A stretch of DNA of 64,000 nt from an uncultured Planctomycetales bacterium. GTDB lineage: Bacteria > Omnitrophota > Gorgyraeia > Gygaellales > Profunditerraquicolaceae. The stretch is from the NCBI GenBank assembly GCA_964354795.1, contig CAYHBB010000040.1, positions 12,593 through 76,592 on the forward strand, given 5' to 3'. Every line of letters begins with the position of its first letter. Position 1 is the stretch's first letter. The notes below the pieces were generated by a model that was given only the letters and a program-made list of their open reading frames with translations, did not search any database and had not been told where the DNA came from. A program made the translations under genes and the position numbers. Of the stretch, positions 39,801-51,800 are shown one piece after another.

Positions 39801-42800
39801 GAGATGAATTGGAGTTTCGGGATTGCGCTTAGATCGCCCACCTTAACAAGACGCTTGAGAGAAAGTAGGCGAAAATCATAATCATTTACCTTCAGTAATC
39901 TTAATAATGCGGGGTTATCAGAAGAAGATTCTACGATGAGCTTAAGGGTTTCGGCTGCGGATTGGCGGTCAAACACCTCGTCATTTTTCATAACTGCGAT
40001 GAGAAATTCAACTGCGGAAGAGCCGATTTTAGCTAAGGCTTCGACTACGGATGGACGGACATGCCCATACTCATCTTTTAAAGCTGTGATAAGAGGCTTA
40101 ACTGCTCTTGGGTCTTTAAGTTCGGCTAAGGCTTTGGCTGCGGAGAATCGGATATCCCAATCGCCATAATCCAAGAATACTACCAACCTTTCTATTTCTT
40201 TTTTTGTAGCTTCATCTGTCTTAGTTGTCGCGGGGTTTGAATTTGTATCCTGCGCATAGGTAGCTGGAGAATAGAATATTGAAGAGGATAAAGCGAACAT
40301 CAATAATATGGTTAAAAGTTTGAGATTGGATCTGTTCAGGCGGGATCTTATCCTGGCGCTGATATAGCTTGCAAATGCAATAATAGCATAGAGCGCAGCC
40401 AGCGCGCCGGCGATTATTCCTGCGGCATTGAGGTATTTTTTGAGTTGAAGCGGCTTTTTCTCGGCTGCGCCAGTTGCCTTGGCCCATTCTTCTAAAGAGA
40501 CGCGCGCCTTAATCGCCTCCAGCGCTCCCTTGGCCGCCTGGCGCTCTCCACTGGAATACTTGAATTCGTTTTGGGCGATAAATTGCAGATTAGGGATAAC
40601 AGCTATGTCGCTAAACTGTCCCAGCCTCTGAATAGCCAAGAGATTGATTCCACCTTCATTTACTTCAATTAACTTTAGTAATACAGGTATATTTTGGGTG
40701 GATTGAGCAATGGATCGCATGACTGAAATTACTATTTTATGCTTAGCTTGATCCTGGTCTTTTAAAAGCTTGATAAGCGGTTCGACTGCTGGCTGTCCGA
40801 TTTTAATCAAGGTATTTGTCACTACCTGAAGGACATCGGGATCGTCGATTGTCAATAAGCTTAATAATGCCGAAACGCTGTTAAGAGACCCTATCGTCTC
40901 CCTTACTTCCTTAAATTCTTTTAGAGCATAGGCGATCGCGCGCTGGACTTCCTCATTCTTGTCTTCCTTCATTCTAATTAAAGTATCAAAATATTTCTTC
41001 AATGCTTCGTGGTCACCTTTGCTATCAACAATGCAAGCGCCCAAAGCGACGATAGTCCGCGCCCTGACTGCAGGAACCGCATTAGTTAAGTGCGTAGCAA
41101 GCAGGTCTCTATTTTTTGTTTCTTCGCATATTTTCTTTAAAGCCGTGGCTTCCTCGCTATAAACAGATAAATTACTATTATCCCATAATCTACGTGACTC
41201 TAATAAAGGAAGGATGGCCCGAGGGTCCCTCTTTTCTCCCAGCACTTTCACAATATTATCTCCCGTATGACCAAATATCTCGCCTTCTTTCAACTCCTCT
41301 ATTAATGGCTCTATGGTTCTTGGGTCTTGCAATGCGCATAAGATCTCGATAGGTTTCTCATCGCATAGATCTTTATGAAGCAGACGAGTAATGCTTTCTA
41401 AATCCAATTCTCCTTTCCTGATCGCTTCGCAAGCTTCTTTTATATCATTATCGCTGCGGCTATCATTACTTGGAATACAGAAAATCCTCCAAACAATAGG
41501 CGCAAGAGTTTTCTGTAAAACATCATTGACTGTCGCCTCGGCGACTTCATCATGCCCTCTCCAACTCCTAAGGTTATAATAATGTATCAACCCCTTCAGA
41601 ACATTATCATCCTCCAGCATCTTAGCTAATTCTTCGACAGAATGCTTTCTGACCTTTTGGTCATCGTCCCATAATCCTGTCAATAACTCATCTCTCTTCT
41701 GGGCATATGCATTAAGTTCTTTTGTTTGTTTTGTGCAGGCATTTGCAAAAAGGAATACTAAAGAAAATAAAGTAAACATTAAGAAAAGGCTCAGGAGCAT
41801 GGAATTAAACCTGCCTGATTTTAACCTGGCGCGAAAGAAACTAATAAGGCAGATAATAGGATAGAATAAAATAATCGCCCCTAAGATTATTCCCGCGGGC
41901 TTGAGGTATTTTTTGAGTTGAAGCGGCTTTTTCTCGGCTGCGCCAGTTGCCTTGACCCATTCTTCTGTGGAGACGCGCGCCTTGATTGCATTCAGAGCTC
42001 CCTTGGCTGCCTCGCGCTCTGCTTCCTTGAACCTAATTTTATTTGAGGCGATTAAATTTAGCCTGCGGATTGCGCTTGTGTCGCTGAACTGGCCAAGGCG
42101 CTGGATAGCGATAAGCCGAATTCTAGATTCCTTATCTCCTGCTTCTGTTAACCTTAGTAAAGCGGGCACATCTTTTAAGTTGCCCGCGAGAGATAAAAGA
42201 GCCCCAAGCGTTGACCGATTAACATCTTCACAAGTATGCCCCAAAGCTTTAATTAACGGCTCTACCGCTCTTTGGTCTGCGATCTTACCTAAAGCTTCGG
42301 CTGCGGATGAACGAAAGCTCCATTCTGTATAGCCTGCATCACCCAAAGCTTTAATCAATGGCTCTACCGCGGTTCGATCGCCGATCTTACCTAAGGCTTC
42401 GGCTGCGAGAGAACGGGCCTTTGGGTCCTTACCACTTAGAACCTTAATCAAAGGTTCTACTGCCGGCTGACCGATTTTTACCAGGGCTTCGGCATCGGGG
42501 GAGCGGGCAAGCCAGTCTTCATCTTTTAATGCCTCATCAAGAGCAGGAACTGCGGCAGGGCCGATTTTGGCTAGGGCTTCAGCTGCGGCTGAACGGACTT
42601 CTGGATACTGGTATTGTAAAACTCTAATAAGTGCTGGAACGGCATCCTTAGCAGCAGGACCGATTTCACCGAGGGCTTTGGCTACGGATATGGATGAGCG
42701 GACATACCAAAGTTTATCTTTCAATGCTTCGCTAAGGGCTGGGACCGCGTCCTTAGCGGCAGGGCCGATTTTACCTAAGGCGTCGGCAGCGGAACAACAT

Positions 42801-45800
42801 TCATCAGAGGAAGCCCTTCTTTTTAGCTGCTTTATTAACTCTGCTATCTTCTGTTGCGTTGTCTGATCTGTCTGCGCGGTAGTTTGGATTGCGGTATTAG
42901 TAGTTTCCTGCGCATATGCGAGATTCGGATTAGTTATAGCTAGAAACGAAAGGATGAAAAAGAACGGCAAAATCCAGAATCTGCGTAGGAGCGAATTCGG
43001 GGCGCGAGGTTTTTGCGGGCTGGATTTGATCTCGGTCCGGGCATTCCCCCCGATTGTATCCAGAATTGACTGCGTAGCAATAAGGTTCTTAAGCTCTGTT
43101 TGAATAATATTTTGTTTTTGCTCTGCTATTGTAGGCGAGTTGCATCCGACGTTAATAGAGACTGCGCGCGGGAAAGATGCCAGAAGCCTTCTCTCCATGC
43201 CGAAACTCCTTGCTTTATTTCCAACAATAATAAGATTTTCTTCGCTCAGGCCTGTGCGGGAAATAAAATCCCTTGCCGCTTCAAAAGGACCAAATCGCAG
43301 GATATTTAGGCTTTCTTCGCCCTGGAAGATGATTTCTGCGGAAAGGCCTTTTGCCCGCAGCGCCTCCTCTATCTCTGAAGCGAATTTCCGCCTTTCCTTG
43401 GCTAATTTGCTGCTGATCTTTATTTTCACTTTATAGTCCTGCCGCTTGATCTTATAAGAAAGGCCTGTGAGAGCATTTTTTACTACTTCCAAGATAGTTT
43501 GCCGGTCATTCGCGCTCAATTCAAAACGGTAATAACCGACTTTATTCCCCCGCTCGTCAAAACCAAACCCCCTGGTCCCGGTGTTGGAATATAAATGCAA
43601 GTTTTTAAGCAGCTCCTTCGGGATCTGCGCCCAGACTCGCGATTCCAGATTATCTTCTGTTTCATCGGTGATGATGGCAATATGCTTACCGCAACGTAAA
43701 AGATTGACAAGATGATCGTTGATCGCCAGGCTGACCGGCTGCTTAAGCGTAGCTATACAATCCTCCAAGCCGAAGATGAAACCATTGATCTTGCTTAAAT
43801 CGATTTTTACTCCCTGGATCGCGACCGCGCTTGAAACTTCCTGCGGCGCCTTTTCCTGTTTGTCAATTTGCGGCTCTATAACCTTAACTTTTTTGCGCTC
43901 TGTAACGACAATGCCGCTGGCCTTAGCCTTGATCAACCTGTCCCTGGCCCAGGAAAGCGTTTCTCTGACCTTCTTGCTGCCCTCAGCCTTTAAAGCCTTC
44001 TCCACCGCGCCTAAGGCGCCGGGATCTCCCAGTTGTCCCAATGACCATGCTGTCTTTTCTCTTACCTCTTCTGATTTATCGACCAATAGCAGTTCGCTTA
44101 AAACCTCTACGACCTCCGCGGTTTTTTCCGCCAGGGAATCCGTCAGGTCGCCTAAGCCTTCGGCAATAATCGCCCTTAAAGTCTCATCCTTGTCATTCAA
44201 GTATTTAATGGCCTCGCTGACCACCGCCTTGCCTCCTACATCAAGATATGCCTCTGCGGCCATCGTCCTGATTATCGGATCCTTATCCTCTTTGATGGTC
44301 TTCAGCAGCACCAGCAAAACTCCGTTATCTTTGATATTGCGCAGTGCCTGGATCACCTCCTGCCGCACCTCGTCGCTCCTTTCATCCTCTAATGACTTTG
44401 CTAATGCGGGTATGGTGGAGGGATCCGCGAATTTCTTCAAAGCCCTGGCTGACACCTTTCTCACTTCAACCGCAGAGTCATTGTGCAGTGCCGCTATTAA
44501 GTCCTTACCTGAATCCTTGAGGCCAATGACCCCTAATGAGGAAGCGGCCCAATACCTTACCTCCCTGCCCTTATCATTAAGCAGCGCCTTTCTTAATGCC
44601 TGCGCGATAGTCTCGTTCCCCGCATAATCGCCTAAAGCGCCGGCAGCATCGGCGCGGATTTTAGCGTTTCTATCGGTAAGCTCATCGATCAGACGGCGAA
44701 CCTTTATTTCATTATAGTTATTGGTAGTGGCGACGGGGTCGGCCTTGGCATCGTCCATTTTCACAGCCTCGGTTTTAGCTACGGGAACACTGCGGGGCAA
44801 CACAGCTTTTTTCCTCTGCGATTTCGGCATCAGGCTTTCCAGGTCCCTCATCTCCAGCTCATACAAATGGTCGGCTAAATGGACGCCGTCTTCAGTGAAT
44901 TTGAAGAAAAGATGCACGATCCTTAAATACTCCTTGTCGTCAAAATATCCCGGAGTGTGCCCGGTATTTCCGGCCATTTTCTTTACGCTGTCAGGCAGCT
45001 CCTTATCCGTCACCACCGTATTTACGAAAATGAATGCCGGACTTTTTAAATCCCTGATATTCAGCACATCGGGATATCCGGCATTCTGCCTGTATTGCCT
45101 GATATGCAATTTCTCGCCCCTGGGATTCCAGAAACGGAAACCATAGAGGCTGGTATCTTTTAGGCCCCTTTCAGAAATATTGTCAAACTCTTTCTGGATG
45201 ATTTTCTTTATCGCTTTAAAATCGTTATTTGCCCTTAAATCCCGGATAAACTTCGCGTCTCTGTATACCAGATGTGCGTACCTTGATTCGTCCTCCCCGG
45301 AAATGATCTCGTTAAGCGCGATCGCAAGATTAAGGTAGCCCTGGTGGGCATCGGGATAACGGTTGTGCTGGGTAGTGTCCACCACAATGACCACCGGCCT
45401 CTCAGCAAGCATCCTGTACAATATCTGGCTGCGCACAAATTTAGGGTCGATATAATAGGGGTTGGTATGGGTCTCGCTGGAGCCCACCTTGGCAAAGACT
45501 ATATCAATGTCATCCAGTTTCAGATCGCCCTCGATGAACGCCGCGGAAAATCTGCCCAGGGTAAAATTCGGCATTATCCAGACATCTCTGCCAAAAGAGG
45601 CGGACTGGACCTTGACTGCCTCAATGAACTCCTTGAGTTTAAGCGCCTCGTAAGCCGCATAGACAAGCTCATGCTCTATTGTGCCGCTATCGGGCAATCC
45701 TGACAGGCCATGGCAACCTGTACCGGAAAAACGGATATAGTCCTTGTAAGAAAGATTCTTAAATTGCATTGCGATAATGCGGCTGTTATCCACAATGCGC

Positions 45801-48800
45801 CTGAAATTCGAATACTCCAGTTCCGTATGCATGGGGTTATTGATATCGAACCTGCCGGCTTTTATCTGGGTCAGCATTGCCTGCCAATCCCTGTATAGCG
45901 CTATCCTGTCCGCAGCGCTCTTGGCCAGATTGATCAGCTGCTCCGTCGGGAACAGGCCGTGCCGGATGATCTCAAAGATTATATCCAGGGCGCCGCTTAA
46001 TGTAGCCTTGCTCATACCCTTAAAGACCTCGTCGTAGAAATTCTGGATGTCAAAGCCCTGCTGTTTCAACCTATACTCGAGCAACCCGATCGACTCGACG
46101 GTCTGCTCGGCATTGATCGGCCGCAGATCTTTGTCGAACTTCTCGAAGTAGGCCCTGAAACTGCCTTTGTCCTGTATAAGCGCGGCATCGCTTAGCTTGG
46201 TAAGGATCTGCTCAACAATATCCAGGTTGACTTTAAATTCGGACAGATTCCCGGAGACATCGATCGCTACGGGGACCGGGATCTCCAGCAGATGCCGGAT
46301 ATCCTTATTCTGCTGATGCATCCGGTAAGCGATCTCGATCACCGCGCCCAGGACTAAGAGGTCTTCACCCTTGGCGAACTGCTTTCTCGCCTGGTTCCTT
46401 ATGTCATCGAATAGCCTTTCTCCGATCTCTTTCTTGAATCTGCGCAGGATATAGAAATGCTCGGGGTTCAAAGCGGAGGAATAATCGTATTCGCGGGATA
46501 TTGACTCAAATCTAAGTGGGAATATTGAAAACCTGAAGGAAAACCTGACTAAATCTACACCTTTGCCAAATAAGGCAACTCCGGAATCAGACTGCAGCAG
46601 GATAACCGGGATCAGTATGGCTGCAAAAAGAGCAAATGCTGCAGCATAGGTGTATATGACATTAAATATGATCAAGGTAACGCAGATAACTACCGCAATT
46701 ATTCCTACAATAAATCCTGCGCCGCCCCTGCTCTCTGTCCCAAACCTTACCACCTTGGCTAATGTATCTTTGTCTATCCTCTCTTCCTTGCCGATCTTGA
46801 CCACCTCGGACATGGTCTTAAGGAAAGGCAAAGCGGCTTTTCCCTGCGCAGGCGGAGCCCTGATCTCCTGGATGAGCCTCTGGATAAGATAGGCTAAGAT
46901 CCCCAGGACAAATATCCCCAGGACTGCATAAATGACCGGGCTTAAGTTTATGGTAGCGATGGAACCAGCAAAGGCTAAAGGAATAACGGGAGCAAAAGAA
47001 TTTAATGAGGTTGTGTTATTCTGATTCTGCGGCCTCTGCGTCAGGCGGGACCTTATTCTTGCGCAGACAAAGCTTATTATCGAAATAATGGCATAGAACG
47101 CAGCCAGCGCGCCGGCGATTATCCCGGCGGGCTTGAGGTATTTCTTGAGGTTAAGCGGTTTTTTCTCTGGGGCAGACGCAGCCTTTGCCAATTCTTCGAG
47201 AGAGACGCGGGCCATAATTGCCTCCAGCGCCTGCTTGGCTGCATCGCGTTCTTTCTTAGAATGCTTGATTTCATTTGAAGCGATGGCTCTTAAATCATCC
47301 ACTGCATCTAATGCGCCTATTTGGCCAAGGCGATTTATAGCGGCCAGGCGAAGATCGGAATCTTTAAGCTTTAATGATCTTATTGCTACTGAAGCGTCTT
47401 TTGTCGATTCAATGAGCAATCTGGTCTTTATGACGGCGAACTTGCGGATGTCACTAGTCTTGGCCTCCAATAATTTTATTAATATCTCTATATCCTCGGT
47501 TGAATCGGCTATAGGCTGAAGGGCGCTACTGATCTCCCATTTCATGCCCTCTTCGTTTTCGTTTAGGAATTTAACAAGGGCAGCGACTGCTCCAGCGTCT
47601 TGAATTCTGCCTAGCATCTCAATAACGGCCCGTTTCCGAGACGACGCTCTAGCATCCCACCTTACAGCCGAAAACTCATCAATAAGCGGCCCCGTAGCCT
47701 GTTTTCCAACCTTTAGCAAAGCTTCCTCTACATCGGAATCCTCTACTCCAAACGCAATAAGGGTCCTTGCAGTTTCTTCGTTGCCGATTTCACCGAGCGC
47801 CCTAATCGACTCTTTACACTTTAACCTCCCTAAAGCTCCCACTGCGGGTGGCCCGATCCTGACCAGCTCTGGCCAATCTTTATTTGCGATCAAATATAAT
47901 ATTTTTTCTTCTTCGCTTGCCGCTGACCAACCCGCTTCTTTCAAGACTGCTACGGCGCCCTCTCTTATACGCAGGCAATCATCCTCAAGAAGAAAAACCA
48001 AGAAAGGCGCTGCTTCATTCTTCAGGCTGCTTAATGCCTTCCAGTCCTCTTTAGCAATAAAATATTTTATCTTTTCCACATCATTTTTCGGCCGCCAACC
48101 CAGCCTGCTTAAAACCTCAACCATACCTTCGCGCATCTTGCTATCCCCCCGGGGAAGTAATTCTATCAAAGGTTTTATCGCCTGAGGGCCGAGGGAAGAT
48201 ATATCATCGACAAAAGAGTCTTTTCCCCTATTTTGGGCTAGTGCATAAGCAACTTTTTCATGATAAGTTCCCGGCTTCCACCTCGCTGCATCAAGCACTG
48301 TCAATGCAAGATCGGATTTTCTTTTATCGCGATCCGTGAGCAGCTCGATCATTAAAGGGCTGATTTGCCGGCTGCTCCTACCCGCCAGCACGGGAATTGT
48401 CCAGTATTTGTTACGGAAATTTGATGGCCCGGAAGACTCCGTTCTTTCAGCTTCTTCTCTTTCTATGTATTCGCGGATAAGCGCATCATTATCTTTAAAA
48501 GCAGTGGGAATCTTGAAAGAATAGTAGATAATTACCGGTAATACAAAAAGAGCAAAGTAGCCTAGTCTTGCCCTCCAACCGAACTCATCTAGGCTTAAAA
48601 TTGAGATAAGAACCGAAAGGGCGAATACAGAAGAGACGATCAGCCAAAATGATATAAGCCCGGGATTAATGATGAAAAGGGCGAGCAACAGGCCGTTTAA
48701 GATCGTGAAACCGATAGGAACAGCACGGCCAAATAGATCTTCATCCTTTTCTTTCATCATCAGTAAAGAGGCTCTTAAGGCTAATATACAATTCAAGGCA

Positions 48801-51800
48801 AACACGGTAAAAATAATCTTACCCGCCAAAGGTATAAATATTAAATTATTGTGAACAACATAAAGCCCCGTAAGCCCCAAGGTGACAAGGATGAATCCAA
48901 TAGCTGAAAACATTAATTGAGGTTTTTCATATGTATCATAACCTTTTATTATCGAATTTCTATGCATCAGCCAGCGTAAAGAACGGTATATAGTTTCTGC
49001 TATAATTGCCGCAACCGCTATGCAGACTAAAACGGTGGTTATGCCGCTGTCATTAAACAAGGGGGCTAGCATAAGGTTGGCCCCATAGAGGTTGCTTGAG
49101 CCATTCTTGTCGTTTATTTTATTCTCAGCCGCGCGGGAACGGGATCTGGATATCAGATAACTTATGGCCGAGGCTAAAACATAGATTAAAGCGAGCGTAC
49201 CTGCGATTATACCTGCAGGCTTAAAGTATTTCCTAAAGTTAAGCGGCTCTTTTTTGGCCTCTCCTGCCACCGTAGCCCATTCTTCGGCAGTTGTGCGCGC
49301 CTTGATCGCCTCAAACGCCTCTTTGGCAGCTTGGCGCTCATATTTATTGTATTTGATTTCGTTGAAAGCAATGGCTTGCAACCTAGAGACCACCTCTATA
49401 TCTCCGACTTTGCCTAAAGCTTCTATGGTATATCTACGGACCGATCCTTCATCATCCTTTAACGCCTCAAGCAATACAGAAACTGCTTCTTTATCTCCGA
49501 GATTACCTAATGCTTGAGCTGCAGAACTACGGACTCCCCAACTCTCCTGCCTTAATGCCTCGATAAGATACGGGAGAGCCTGCTTATCGCCGATCCTGCC
49601 CAAGGCTGTTACTGCGCAGTCGCGCATACGCGGCGTTTTGTCTTTTAATAACCCGATAAGATAGGGTAGCGCCTGTTTTTCGCCGATCCTTCCCAGAGTT
49701 ATTATTATTGACTCGCGGACATCCAGGTCCTCGTCTTTTGTTACCTTTAATTCCTCTATAAGAGCCGGGCCGGCAGGCAGGCCGATCTTAACTAAAGCCT
49801 GCACCGCTGAACATCGCACAGAGCCAGATCTATCCTTTAATGCCTCGATAAGGGCCGGGATTGCTTGTCGGTCACCGATCTTACCTAATGCGTCTGCTGC
49901 GTGGTTGCGGACCCATTCATCACCGTCATTTTTCAATACTTCTATTAATTCTTCTATCTTTTTCTCATTAACTACATCTATTTGGGTAACTTCGGGTTCA
50001 ATGCTTGTGTTTGTACCCTGCGCATAGGAAGCTGTAGAGCTGAACAACGCGGGAGATAAAATAAATGCCAGCAGCATAATTAAAAGCGAAGAATTGAATT
50101 TGCCGGATAGAAGCTTTCTTGATCTTTCCCTGGCGCGGATATAGCTGATACTTAAGACAATCATATAGATTAAAGCAGACACTCCCAAAACAACTCCGGC
50201 GGTCTTCATGAACTGTTTAAACTTATAAGATTTCGAAGTGGCCTTCTCCCATTCCCGAGGGGAAACTTTGTTTTTTATCTGCTCTAATGCTGCCTTGGCG
50301 TTGTTCCTCTGGCCTTCGTTATATTTGATTTCATTTAAGGCAATGGAGTTAAGCGGCTTTACTGCCCTGATATCTCCAATTTTACCTAAGGCTTCCATAG
50401 CTTCTTCGCGGACAGAATAATCTTCTAGTGCTTTGATAAGGGCCTCTGTTGCTTTTGGATCACCGATTTCACCTAATTTACCTAAAGCTTTCACGGCTTC
50501 TTCGCGGACAGAGTAATCTTTCAGTGCTTTGATAAGGGCCCCTATTGCTTCTTGACCGCCAATTTCACCTAATGCTTTTACCAAATATTCCCGTCCAAAG
50601 CCACTTCCTCTTTCTAGTTTTTCTATAATGGTTTTTGTATAAGCTCTCAAGGGTTCTATGGCACGAGGATCGCCAATTTCTTTTAAAGCCTTTGCTGCTT
50701 CTATATTAAAATACGAGTCTTTATCTACAATAATCTTAATAAGCGGCTCAACTGCATCTGGGCCAATCTTTACCAATCCTGCCCAATCATGTTTTGCGAA
50801 AAAATAAGGTATCTTTTCTTGATTAGTTTTTGGTTCCCATTTTAATTTATCTAGAATTTCTGCTATTTTCTCCCTAATAAAGGACAAATTTTCATCATTT
50901 AATGCACTAATAAGCTCAGGAATTGCGGGTTGCCCGATTCCAACTATGATTTCGGAACCAGCTTTGGAAAGATATTCGTTCGAAGATATACGAAGTTCTT
51001 GAAGAATAGGTTTAATCACAGACGGGCCAATATAAATCAATGAATCAGCTGCCTGTTTACGAACATAATAACTTTTTTCTTTCAATATATGGATAAGAGC
51101 TGGGACTGCAGGGGAGCCGATTTTCATTAAGGCTTCTCCTGCGGATTTAAAAATAAAGCGATCCTCATCTTTCAATGCTCCAATGAGACCGGGAACAGCG
51201 GGATATCCAATGTCCGCTAAAGCTTCGGATGCAGTTTTGGAGATATACTGATCTTTTAATGCTTTAATAAGGGCTGGGATAGCTTCTTCGTCAGCGATTT
51301 TGCCTAGCGCTTTTGCTGCCTCCGCCTTAATAAGAATATCTCCATCATTTAATGCTCTAATAAGAACCTGGACAGCTCGCTTATCCTTACTCTCGCCCAA
51401 AACCCGAATTTTTGATGAAAGATCAAGAATTTCTTCTATAGACCTCTGGTCATCATATTGGGCATATGCCTTTCTCTGATTAGGTAAAATATTCGACAAG
51501 AATACAATGATTAAAATAGTTATTAATGATTTTGTTTTGCTTTTTGCATATTTACTTTGGCTTTGCTGTCTGATCTGTTTTTCTTTTCTAACTGAATCAT
51601 TCTTTTTTTGCAACCCTGTGGATTTTGTCCTTACCAGAACATAGCTTATAATTGAAGTAATGATGTAAAATAGAGCAAATACTCCGCCAGCAATAGCTGC
51701 GGGCTTGAGGTATTTCTTGAAGTTAAGCGGTTGTTGGGCGGTAGCCTTTGTCCATTCTTCGGCAGGAGTGCGCGCCTTGATTGCTTCAAGAGCCTGCTTG

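Noticed and set aside
43719-44627. 302-aa plus-strand ORF and the many other plus-strand ORFs within 28-63 kb
   Set aside because: They are antisense shadows of Ala/Leu-rich coding sequence. They are Ser/Ala-rich, have no motifs, and recur at each repeat copy.
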